This document shows positions 28,304 to 36,554 of a stretch of 64,000 nt of DNA, piece by piece (the stretch's first letter is position 1; each line of letters opens with the position of its first letter). The notes under the pieces are model-generated. The model was not told the origin of the DNA and made no database searches. It worked only from the letters and a program-made list of their open reading frames with translations. This DNA comes from Candidatus Sulfotelmatobacter sp. (lineage in GTDB: Bacteria > Acidobacteriota > Terriglobia > Acidiferrales > UBA7541), in assembly GCA_035567915.1 (NCBI GenBank), contig DATMPA010000022.1, forward strand, positions 169,072 through 233,071, written 5' to 3'. The position numbers were made by a program, and so were the translations under genes.

Positions 28304-29029
28304 GTGAAGGAAAAAAAAGTAAAGAAACCCGAAGAAAAGCTGACTACTGAGCAGAAAATCCGCCGCGAAATCATTGCGTGGTTTTGGGTCGGCCTCGCAT
28401 TTCTGCTCATCAACGGCACCATCGGCCAGGCGCGTGTCATTCCTTCCAAATCAATGGAGAAGACTCTGCTCGTAGGCGATCATCTCATCATGAGCCGCAT
28501 CGGCTACGACGCCGGCATCCCTTTCACGGATCTTCACGCTCCGCTCTGGCGCAATCCCAAACGTCAGCAAATCATCATCTTCAAGCCGCCCTTTGCTCCC
28601 AATCAGCCAGATTTCGTTAAACGCGTCATCGGTCTTCCCGGAGACGCAATTGATATTCGCGAAGGCTCCGTGTGGGTCAATGGCATGCGTCTCGTCGAGC
28701 CATACACGCTTGGCCCAACTGAGCCTGCCTCAATTGGCTCCTACGAAGGCGAATTCCAAAACCGCACGACGAGTGTCTTCCCCTACAAGGTCCCGCCAAA
28801 GTGCTATTTTGCGATGGGTGATAACCGCCAGAACTCTCTGGACTCGCGATTCTGGGGCTGCGTCCCGCGCGAAAACATTATTGGCACGCCCGTGATCATT
28901 TATATGTCGCTTGACGCGCCGGAAAGCGCCTGGCAGCCCGGCAACATCGGCGCGCGTTTCGCCGCCTACTTAAACGGCATCCTCCACCCCAGCACGATTC
29001 GCTGGAGGCGCTTGTTCCATATTTTCTGA
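28304..29029 (+). CDS. lepB: Signal peptidase I, tandem paralogue
   Basis: Highly similar to the upstream copy (KLTTEQKIRREIIAWFWVGLAFLLINGTIGQARVIPS...GDNRQNSLDSRFWGCVPRENIIGTPVIIYMS). Confidence 0.85.
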   Translation: MKEKKVKKPEEKLTTEQKIRREIIAWFWVGLAFLLINGTIGQARVIPSKSMEKTLLVGDHLIMSRIGYDAGIPFTDLHAPLWRNPKRQQIIIFKPPFAPNQPDFVKRVIGLPGDAIDIREGSVWVNGMRLVEPYTLGPTEPASIGSYEGEFQNRTTSVFPYKVPPKCYFAMGDNRQNSLDSRFWGCVPRENIIGTPVIIYMSLDAPESAWQPGNIGARFAAYLNGILHPSTIRWRRLFHIF

Positions 29030-29074
29030 GCCGCTTCTAAGCCGGCCGTCCCCCTCGCCCTGCCGAAGCCCTCT

Positions 29075-30163
29075 GTGTCAAAATTCTCGTCCCAGAGAAA
29101 CGAGTCACACGTCATGAAATACGCCGACGCTGGAGTCAACATCGCCGTAGCGGATGAAGCCAAGCAGCGCATCCGCCATCTCGCCACGCGGACCTTCACC
29201 AACGGTGTTCTCGGCGGCATCGGCAGCTTTGGCGCGCTCTTCGCGCTCGACACCAAGAAATTTAAGGAGCCGATTCTCGTTTCTAGCGCCGATGGTGTCG
29301 GCACGAAACTCAAAATCGCCATGGCTATGAACGTTCATTCCACCGTCGGCGGCGATCTTGTCAATCATTGTGTGAACGACATTCTCGTGCAGGGTGCCGA
29401 GCCGCTCTTTTTTCTGGATTATCTAGCCCTCGGCAAAATGGATCCGCGTGTCGTTGAGCAGCTGGTGGACGGCATGAGCCGCGCCTGCCGCAAAGCAGGC
29501 TGCGCACTCATCGGCGGAGAAACCGCGGAGATGCCTAGTTTCTATCAGCCCGGTGAATATGATCTTGCCGGATTCATCGTCGGCGCCGTCGAGCGAAAAA
29601 AACTTCTCACGGGAAAAAGCGTCAAGCCCGGTGACACGCTTCTCGCGCTTCCTTCCGCCGGTTTGCATACCAACGGCTATTCGCTCGCCCGCAAACTCGT
29701 TTTCGAAGTCGCCAAACTCAAACCGGAAACTTACGTAGCCGAAGTCGGTAACAAAATCGGCCCCGAACTTTTGAAACCACATCTCTGCTACGCGCCCGCG
29801 CTAAAAAACATTCTCGCCAAAGGCTGGGTATCCGCTCTCGCGCACGTCACCGGTGGCGGCATTCCCGGCAATCTTCCGCGAGTCCTTCCTGCCGGAGTCA
29901 AAGCTGTCGTGGATCTTGCTTCCTGGCCGGTTCTGCCAATTTACAAATACCTCGCCAAGCTCGGCAAGATGGATACCGACGGCCTTCTCGAATCCTTCAA
30001 TCTGGGTGTAGGCATGATTCTCGTCGTCCCGCCCGCGCACATCGCCAAAGTCGAAGCCGACCTAAAACGTCGCCGCGAAAAATTCTTCAACATCGGCCGC
30101 ATCGAGCGTGGCGACACCGCCAAAGCCCGCGTCGTCTATTCCGGCGCACTGAACCTCTCGTAA
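29075..30163 (+). CDS. purM: Phosphoribosylformylglycinamidine cyclo-ligase (AIR synthase)
   Basis: KYADAGVNIAVADEAKQRI...VSSADGVGTKLKIA conserved N-terminal region. Start is GTG 29075 or ATG 29114. Confidence 0.9.
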   Translation: MSKFSSQRNESHVMKYADAGVNIAVADEAKQRIRHLATRTFTNGVLGGIGSFGALFALDTKKFKEPILVSSADGVGTKLKIAMAMNVHSTVGGDLVNHCVNDILVQGAEPLFFLDYLALGKMDPRVVEQLVDGMSRACRKAGCALIGGETAEMPSFYQPGEYDLAGFIVGAVERKKLLTGKSVKPGDTLLALPSAGLHTNGYSLARKLVFEVAKLKPETYVAEVGNKIGPELLKPHLCYAPALKNILAKGWVSALAHVTGGGIPGNLPRVLPAGVKAVVDLASWPVLPIYKYLAKLGKMDTDGLLESFNLGVGMILVVPPAHIAKVEADLKRRREKFFNIGRIERGDTAKARVVYSGALNLS

Positions 30164-30172
30164 AGATTCTGT

Positions 30173-30220
30173 GCATCAAAAAAAAGGGGCGCAGTCGGTT
30201 CCCGCGCCCCTTTCTGCCTT
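30173..30220. terminator. Bidirectional rho-independent terminator between purM and the convergent minus-strand gene
   Basis: aaaaaaaAGGGGCGCagtcggttcccGCGCCCCTttct: 8-bp GC stem flanked by an A-run and a T-run. Confidence 0.65.
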
Positions 30221-30241
30221 CGTTTTCCAAGTCCGATCTTT

Positions 30242-30712
30242 CTACTGCACCACATCCTTATAAATATCCACGATCACATTCGTGTGCCGGTTCAGGACCA
30301 CGATATGCGCATCAATGACCGCTCTGCGATAGTCCGCCGGTATCGGCGGCAAACTCCGTTCGAGCTCCACTGGGCACGGCTCCAACTTTTTCTGCAATCC
30401 CGGTGGCAGCGTGCCATTCCGTTGTAGTTGCTTTTCCAGTCCCGGCGGCAGATTTCCCCCGCGCTTCGCCAGACCTGGCGGCAACCCCGATTTGTGTCCC
30501 GTGTAATAGGTTCGAATCACTTCGCGATCGTGTTCGCCAAATCCATAGCGCACTTCGCCTTGATTCTCTCCCTGGTCGTCCTGATGCTTGTTGTGACCTT
30601 TGCCCTTGCCTTTGCCGTTTCCATTGCCATTTCCCTGGGCGACAGCCATTCCGCTGGTCAGGGCGCACACCAAAACCCCGGCAAACAGCGCTTTAATCAT
30701 TTGATTCCTCAT
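30242..30712 (-). CDS. Secreted protein with Gly/Asn/Lys low-complexity region and LPPGL-x-K repeats, hypothetical
   Basis: Signal peptide MIKALFAGVLVCALTSGMAVAQG. Repeats GLPPGLAKRG / NLPPGLEKQ / TLPPGLQKK. Start at ATG 30712 (strong RBS ggaggg). Confidence 0.5.
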   Translation of the reverse strand: MRNQMIKALFAGVLVCALTSGMAVAQGNGNGNGKGKGKGHNKHQDDQGENQGEVRYGFGEHDREVIRTYYTGHKSGLPPGLAKRGGNLPPGLEKQLQRNGTLPPGLQKKLEPCPVELERSLPPIPADYRRAVIDAHIVVLNRHTNVIVDIYKDVVQ

Positions 30713-30971
30713 GTCTTCCCTCCTGAAGATTGAGGCGTCCTGGGCGGTTATGCTTAGTTTAACCCCCCTCCTGGCAAAAAGATTCTGCGCAATTTGACCG
30801 AATTTCCACTGTTTCACCTATAAATCATTGAAAATAAGCCACTTTAAGTTGCGTACTAGTGCTCTACTTGACTTCCCCAAAACACACGCGCAGCGTATGC
30901 CTGTCTGAATCATGTAAAACCCCTTAGACAAGGCAAGACAAAACGGCGCCCAGCGCCCCGGAGGTGTGTGT

Positions 30972-33029
30972 ATGTCGGTTTTGAATTTCATTCTTAGTCT
31001 CTTCTATTCCTATCCGCTGCTAGCTCTGCTCGTTGTGCTGGCAGCGGTCATTGTCGTCACGTCGCTTCACAAGATCGGCCCAACCGAAGTCGGCTTGGTC
31101 ACGAAGCGCTTTTCCTTCGCCAAGCTGACCAAGGACAATCCTGTGGCCTTTAACGGCGAACCAGGCTATCAAGCCGATTTGCTCATGCCCGGCCTGCGCT
31201 GGAAAACCGTCCTGGTGTACTCGGTCGAAAAGTACCCGTGGGTTCAGGTTCCTGCCGGAGAAATCGGCGTGGTTATCGCACAGGTCGGCCAGCCTTTGCC
31301 CATTGGCGCAAAGTCCGCCATCTACAAAAAGGAGTTCGCGAACTTTTCCGATCTCCGTAACTTCATCCAACTCGGCGGCCAAAAGGGCGTACAACGCCCG
31401 GTTTTGCCTCCAGGCTCGCTCGTTCCAGTGCATCCCGTCGGCTTCCTGATCATCACGCGCAGCCGCGTGTACGGTGAACCCATTTCTCCTGAACTCTGCG
31501 CAAAAATGGGTCGGGGTGGGGAACTCATGCCCTCCGCGTTAGGCCTCAAGTCCGAACAGCTCGAACTCGTTCGCATTGAGCCGCAGCCGCGCGGCAAGGA
31601 CGGTTCGACCCTGGACGTGGTCGGCATCGTCACCACCTACGAAGGCGATCCGCTTCCGTCCGGTGACATCGCCAGCCGCCTCGGCGGATTTGTGGACGTC
31701 GCAAAAATGGAAACGGACAAAGCCAACGACGCGCAAATCATCGAAGCGCTGCTCGGCAGCAAGAATAATCTGCACAACAACTATCAGGACTTTCAGTCCT
31801 TCCTCGAACACGGTGGCCACATCGGCTTGCAGCACGACCCGCTGCTGTACGGCGCTTATGCGCTCAATCCATTTCTCGTCAGCGTGGAAATGGTCCCGAT
31901 GCTCATCATCAAGCAGGGTCAGGTCGGCGTCATCAAAGCCTACGTCGGCCTCGCCACGCAGGACACCAGCGGCGCGGACTTCAAATATGGCTCGCTAGTC
32001 CGTCCAGGTCATCGCGGCGTCTGGCAAGAGCCTCTGCGTACCGGCAAATATCCGCTCAACCCGCGCTGCTACGAACCGGAAATCGTGCCAACGGCCATCC
32101 TCAACTTGAACTGGGCGGATGCCAACAGCGAAGCCCACAACCTCGATTCGCAACTTCAGCAGATCGTCGCGAAGTCGAAGGAAGGCTTCATCTTCAAAAT
32201 TGATCTGCAAGTCCAGATTCACGTGCCGGACACCAAAGCCCCGCGCGTCATTTCCATGGTCGGCACCATGAGGAACCTGGTTACTGAAGTTCTCCAGGCC
32301 GCGGTCGGCAACCACTTCCGCAACTCGCTGCAGAATATGCCGGCGATTAATTTCATCGAAACGCGCCAGCAGGTGCAGATCGAAGCGTTCGAGCACATCC
32401 GCCAGCAGCTCGAGCAGTATCAGGTCGAAACCAAAGGCGTCTACATCCAGGACGTGATTTTCCCGGAAGACATGGTCACCGTGCTTACGCACCGTGAAAT
32501 TGCCAACCAGGAAATTGAAACGTTCAAGAAGCAGCGCGCCGCGCAGGATCAGCGCATTGAAATGGAGCAAGCAAAGGGCACCGCGGACATGCAAGCCGAT
32601 CTCGCGCGCTCCAAAGTCGGCGTCAACATCAAGAAGAACAACGCGGACGCTCGCGTTGCCGAAGCCACCGGTGAAGCGGAATACATTCGCCAGACCGGTA
32701 CGGCCAAAGGCGCGGAAGTTGAAGCGGTCGGTCTCGCGCGCGCTCGCGGTTATCGTGCGCAGGTCGAAGCGCTCGGCTCAAACGCCACGGCCATCGTCAA
32801 CGTAGTCGCCGCTCTCGCGGACGGCAAAGCGAAGTTCGTGCCGGATGTCCTCGTCACCGGTGGCGGAGGCGGCGCACTCGATGGCCTAGCCGCTACAGCC
32901 ATGCGCTTCTTCGACGGCGGCGGCAACGGTGGCACATCCAAGGCTCCCATCTCCGCTTTGCCAGCGGACATGGAAGCCGCCTTGGGCAAGCTGGTCCCCA
33001 AACAAAAAGAACCGCCCGCAAAAGCGTAA
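30972..33029 (+). CDS. Large flotillin-like SPFH family protein (687 aa)
   Basis: N-terminal TM helix, SPFH domain, extended EA-rich coiled coil (flotillin-type), Gly-rich C-terminus. RBS ggaggtg 7 nt upstream. Confidence 0.75.
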   Translation: MSVLNFILSLFYSYPLLALLVVLAAVIVVTSLHKIGPTEVGLVTKRFSFAKLTKDNPVAFNGEPGYQADLLMPGLRWKTVLVYSVEKYPWVQVPAGEIGVVIAQVGQPLPIGAKSAIYKKEFANFSDLRNFIQLGGQKGVQRPVLPPGSLVPVHPVGFLIITRSRVYGEPISPELCAKMGRGGELMPSALGLKSEQLELVRIEPQPRGKDGSTLDVVGIVTTYEGDPLPSGDIASRLGGFVDVAKMETDKANDAQIIEALLGSKNNLHNNYQDFQSFLEHGGHIGLQHDPLLYGAYALNPFLVSVEMVPMLIIKQGQVGVIKAYVGLATQDTSGADFKYGSLVRPGHRGVWQEPLRTGKYPLNPRCYEPEIVPTAILNLNWADANSEAHNLDSQLQQIVAKSKEGFIFKIDLQVQIHVPDTKAPRVISMVGTMRNLVTEVLQAAVGNHFRNSLQNMPAINFIETRQQVQIEAFEHIRQQLEQYQVETKGVYIQDVIFPEDMVTVLTHREIANQEIETFKKQRAAQDQRIEMEQAKGTADMQADLARSKVGVNIKKNNADARVAEATGEAEYIRQTGTAKGAEVEAVGLARARGYRAQVEALGSNATAIVNVVAALADGKAKFVPDVLVTGGGGGALDGLAATAMRFFDGGGNGGTSKAPISALPADMEAALGKLVPKQKEPPAKA

Positions 33030-33050
33030 TCAGCAGCACTCCTAGCTTAT

Positions 33051-33086
33051 GTAGAGGCCGTCCTTCAGGGCGGCCTCTACATTTTT
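33051..33086 (+). terminator. Rho-independent terminator
   Basis: GTAGAGGCCGtccttcagggCGGCCTCTAC + ATTTTT: perfect 10-bp stem. Confidence 0.7.
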
Positions 33087-33093
33087 CACGGGA

Positions 33094-33696
33094 TCATTCG
33101 GCACACTCCGGATTCTTCGCCTTCCCTCTTTTGTCCATCTCTTTTTCCACCTTCCCCAGCCACTTCATTTCCGTCTCAAACTCCACAATCACCAGCGTAA
33201 TCATCCACACGGCTTCATGATGCGCGTGCCCCACTTCCTTCAACACGCTCTCCAGCGTCGCTTTCTCTTTCGCAATTTCCTTCTGCAAAAACTCCCGCCG
33301 CGCGCGCAATTGCCGCGCAAAAACCCCCCGCCGCGCTTGCCAGGACAATGCCATCCATGTCAGAAACGCTGGCCTCTCCCGCTGCGTCGTCCAATCCTCC
33401 CGCTCCAGCGCATCCGCCAGCGCCTCCGTCCCACGCGCCGTCACCGCATACACTTGCCGCTCCGGCCCTTCCGCCTCTTTTTTATCCGCCGCAGTCCGCA
33501 ACATCCCCATCCGCGCCAACTTCTCTAGCGAGTAATACACCTGCGGCCGCGAAATCCCCGCCCAGTCCTGCACCTCTCTCCGCACCAGTTCCGCATTCGC
33601 CTGATAACCATGCATTGGCCGCTCCCGAAGCAAGCTCAACAGCACTAAATCCGCCGTCGTCAATCTCGTGCCGTCTTTCTCTTTCCGTTTCTTCAC
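33094..33696 (-). CDS. PadR family transcriptional regulator
   Basis: Winged-helix region LVLLSLLRERPMHGYQANAELVRREVQDWAGISRPQVYYSLEKLARMGML. Confidence 0.75.
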   Translation of the reverse strand: MKKRKEKDGTRLTTADLVLLSLLRERPMHGYQANAELVRREVQDWAGISRPQVYYSLEKLARMGMLRTAADKKEAEGPERQVYAVTARGTEALADALEREDWTTQRERPAFLTWMALSWQARRGVFARQLRARREFLQKEIAKEKATLESVLKEVGHAHHEAVWMITLVIVEFETEMKWLGKVEKEMDKRGKAKNPECAE

Positions 33697-33768
33697 TCTG
33701 TGCCCTCTCTGACCCCTAGGTTAAAAACAACGCTGCGCCAAGCCCGGGCTTGGCGTCAGATTTCATCG

Positions 33769-34059
33769 TCACTTCTTTACTCCCTTACTTCTTTTCTTCC
33801 TCTTTTCACTCCACCACCACCACTGGCACTTCTCCACCGCCAATCTCGGATTCCTCGCCTGTGCCACCGCCGACTCAAACGTATCCAGCACACAAATGTC
33901 CTGATGCTGCTTCGCAATCCGGCCCAAGCGTACGTACAACTTCTTCGGATCCTGCTTCGCCAGTTGCGCAACGCTGCGAATTCCCAGCAGCTCAAAATCC
34001 CGCAGCATTGCCGGCCCAATCGAAATCAGGTCCTTCAGCTCCCGCTCTTTCGTCTTCAT
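33769..34059 (-). CDS. Small helix-hairpin-helix protein (TfoX C-terminal/Cdd1-like domain)
   Basis: DLISIGPAMLRDFELLGIRSVAQLAKQDPKKLYVRL resembles the TfoX_C HhH motif. Strong RBS aaggaggagg at ATG 34059. Confidence 0.45.
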   Translation of the reverse strand: MKTKERELKDLISIGPAMLRDFELLGIRSVAQLAKQDPKKLYVRLGRIAKQHQDICVLDTFESAVAQARNPRLAVEKCQWWWWSEKRKKRSKGVKK

Positions 34060-34142
34060 AACCTCCTCCTTGACATCGGCATCCAATCTCCGTAGACTAC
34101 TCTAATCTAAGTTAGACTAGTACTTCGCGCAAGGAGATTCTC

Positions 34143-34538
34143 ATGATCAAAAAACTCACCCCGGTCCTCTTCGTGGAAAGAATCGAGCCCATTCTCCCGT
34201 TCTGGACGCACCTCGGCTTCGTCAAGACCGTCGAAGTCCCCGAAGGCAATCATCTAGGCTTCGTAATCCTCCAGCAGGGCACTGTGGAAGTGATGTATCA
34301 AACTTACGCCAGCGTGGACAAGGACATGCCCACCATCGCTGCCGATGTCCGCAAAGGCCCCACGTTTCTCTACATCGAAGTAGAAAATCTCGACGCCATC
34401 AAACCCTCTCTCAAATCCGCCGACGTGTACATGCCGGAGCGCAGCACTTTCTACGGCGCGCGCGAAATCGGTGTCCGCGATCCCGCCGGCCACTTTCTCA
34501 CATTCGCGCAAATGTCGGCAGCGGGCCAAAAAGCCTGA
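34143..34538 (+). CDS. VOC/glyoxalase family protein
   Basis: 131 aa with two beta-alpha-beta-beta-beta modules. RBS aaggag. Confidence 0.55.
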   Translation: MIKKLTPVLFVERIEPILPFWTHLGFVKTVEVPEGNHLGFVILQQGTVEVMYQTYASVDKDMPTIAADVRKGPTFLYIEVENLDAIKPSLKSADVYMPERSTFYGAREIGVRDPAGHFLTFAQMSAAGQKA

Positions 34539-34561
34539 ACATTTCCTTAAGAGGAAACGCA

Positions 34562-34900
34562 ATGAATAACAATCTGAAAAATGGAAATTACATCTATCGC
34601 GTGGACGAATTCAAGGTACCCGCTGCGGCCAGAGAAGAATTTCTCGCTCGCGTCCAGACCTCAAACGAAATTCTTCGTGCCATCCCCGGCTTCGTTGAAG
34701 ATTGTTTTTTCGAGCAACTAGGCGCCTCGGTGGATTCAAAAATCATCACCATCGCGATCTGGGAAAATGAGCAGGCTTTCTCATCGGCCAAATCAATCGT
34801 TCAGGAGCACTACAAGAAAGTAGGCTTCAATCCTGCCGAAATCATCAAGCGCCTCGGTATCGAAGCGGACATGGATGCCTACACCAAGCTCGAGCTCTGA
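34562..34900 (+). CDS. Antibiotic-biosynthesis-monooxygenase (ABM/Dabb)-like small protein
   Basis: ~110 aa ferredoxin-like pattern (YRVDEFKV...FEQLGAS...IITIAIWENEQAF). Confidence 0.5.
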   Translation: MNNNLKNGNYIYRVDEFKVPAAAREEFLARVQTSNEILRAIPGFVEDCFFEQLGASVDSKIITIAIWENEQAFSSAKSIVQEHYKKVGFNPAEIIKRLGIEADMDAYTKLEL

Positions 34901-34915
34901 CTGCTTTAGCGCCGC

Positions 34916-36331
34916 CTATTTCTTATTCGTCCCCGGTGCAGGCCGTACTTCCGGCTGGCTCGCCGTCGCAATGGACCGCGCCCCATTCTTCCCGACTGTG
35001 CGCACTGCAAAAAAATGATTGTCCGTGGAAACTCCTTTCAAAATCGTCTCACCCGCTGCCGTTACAAAATCGAAAACCTGCCACCGCGTTTCCGTCGTCT
35101 CCCGCCACAAAATCTCAAAGCCAGCGCGCTCCAAATCCTCTTCTGCTTTCCAGGAAAGTTTCGCATCAGGCGTCACGGCTCCCTTTAGCCTCACTTCCGT
35201 CGGCGCTGCCGGCGCCATCGCCAGTTGCCGTAGTGCTTCGGCATTATCCCGCGCGACATTTCCTAAAAAGGCCGTATTTAGATATTTCGCAAAGTCCCCG
35301 TATTCCACGCCATTCTCCGTGCGCGGCGTTTGGTGCTGATGGTTGTAGTCCTCCAGCGGCTCCGTAAATCGCACCGCAGGCAAGCCCGCCTTGTAAAAAG
35401 GATAGTGATCCCCGCCTCGCCCATAACGGTCAACGCGAAAAATCATCCGAATCGCGTCGCGCCCGTCAATCTCTTCAATCGCGCGAGCCAATTCGCGCGA
35501 GGGCGAATCGCAATCCTCGATTTCTCCAGTTCCAGAAAAAAGCCGCACGCGGTGCGGCGCTCCTTGTGCGAGATCGTCGCCCACAATGTCGTCATCCAGC
35601 ATCCCGCCCACGGTGTACCCCTTCTCCTTCAGCCAATCCACGAGATGCGTGCTTCCGAGCAATCCTTGCTCTTCGCCGGAAACCGCCGCAAACAAAATCG
35701 TCGCCCGATAGCCGCTCTTTCCGCTGGCCGCAAGCTTGCTCAACAGCCGTGCGCACTCCACGCTCACCGCCACACCAGATGCATCATCATCTGCGCCCGG
35801 CGCGTCCGCCTGCGGATCCATCACGTCCGATGGCCTCGAATCAAAATGGCCGGAAACGAGGAACACAGTTTTCTTCAACTTTTCGTCCGTTCCCGGCAAA
35901 ATCGCATAAACATTTTCCAGCCGAACCGGCTTCCCCGAAGTCCGCTCAGCGGTAGCTTCAAACTTGTCCACAACGACCTGCAATTTTCCGCCGGACTCTT
36001 TCACAATCTCCTCAAATCGCGCAGCGATTTGGTCACGCCCACAGCCAACACCGCGCTTCGGATCCGTCCAAGAAGAAAGCGTCAACCGTGTCCCGCAAGC
36101 CACCAGCTTGTCGATCAACGTCAGCATCGATTTCGTATCAACGCCCTGCCGCGCAATGCCTTTTGCCATCCGCACCGGCCCCTTCGCAGCCACTTTCGCT
36201 TGTGCGGGCTCTGCTGGATCGCGCAACGCCTTCTGCTGCGCTTGAGCAGCATTCATCCCCAGAGTCATCCCAAACAGTGCAATTCCGAAACACGCCTTCG
36301 ACACCCTCTTAGTCCGCACCCGTAATCTCAT
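34916..36331 (-). CDS. Secreted M28 family Zn-aminopeptidase with C-terminal Fn3-like domain
   Basis: M28 metal-ligand motifs (HFDS..., DDDASGVA, SGEEQGLLGS). Signal peptide. Start placed at ATG 36331. Confidence 0.7.
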   Translation of the reverse strand: MRLRVRTKRVSKACFGIALFGMTLGMNAAQAQQKALRDPAEPAQAKVAAKGPVRMAKGIARQGVDTKSMLTLIDKLVACGTRLTLSSWTDPKRGVGCGRDQIAARFEEIVKESGGKLQVVVDKFEATAERTSGKPVRLENVYAILPGTDEKLKKTVFLVSGHFDSRPSDVMDPQADAPGADDDASGVAVSVECARLLSKLAASGKSGYRATILFAAVSGEEQGLLGSTHLVDWLKEKGYTVGGMLDDDIVGDDLAQGAPHRVRLFSGTGEIEDCDSPSRELARAIEEIDGRDAIRMIFRVDRYGRGGDHYPFYKAGLPAVRFTEPLEDYNHQHQTPRTENGVEYGDFAKYLNTAFLGNVARDNAEALRQLAMAPAAPTEVRLKGAVTPDAKLSWKAEEDLERAGFEILWRETTETRWQVFDFVTAAGETILKGVSTDNHFFAVRTVGKNGARSIATASQPEVRPAPGTNKK

Positions 36332-36554
36332 TTCGTTTATTCCCCAGTCGTTGACCTGCGCCGCGCATTCTAACAAAACCCGTGCCTCGACTCGGTACCA
36401 ATCTGATCGACGCCGTTCAGCGCCGGAGGCACGGCACCTTAGGCAACCTTGCGCCTTCCTCCAGGTTCTGAGTCCGGTATCGGGCGGTCCTCATCGTCAA
36501 TTCGACGATGTCGTTTCGTGTGTCCCGCCCCATTACAAGTTACGAGGTGTTCTC

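Noticed and set aside
35330-36325. 331-aa plus-strand ORF antisense to the M28 peptidase
   Set aside because: Arg/His/Pro-rich, no family. The opposite strand has clear peptidase motifs.
36351-36554. N-terminal 68 codons of the ORF-track version of the GWxTD gene
   Set aside because: No RBS and an Arg/Ser-rich non-protein-like N-terminus. The internal ATG at 36555 has a gaggtg RBS and starts a proper signal peptide.
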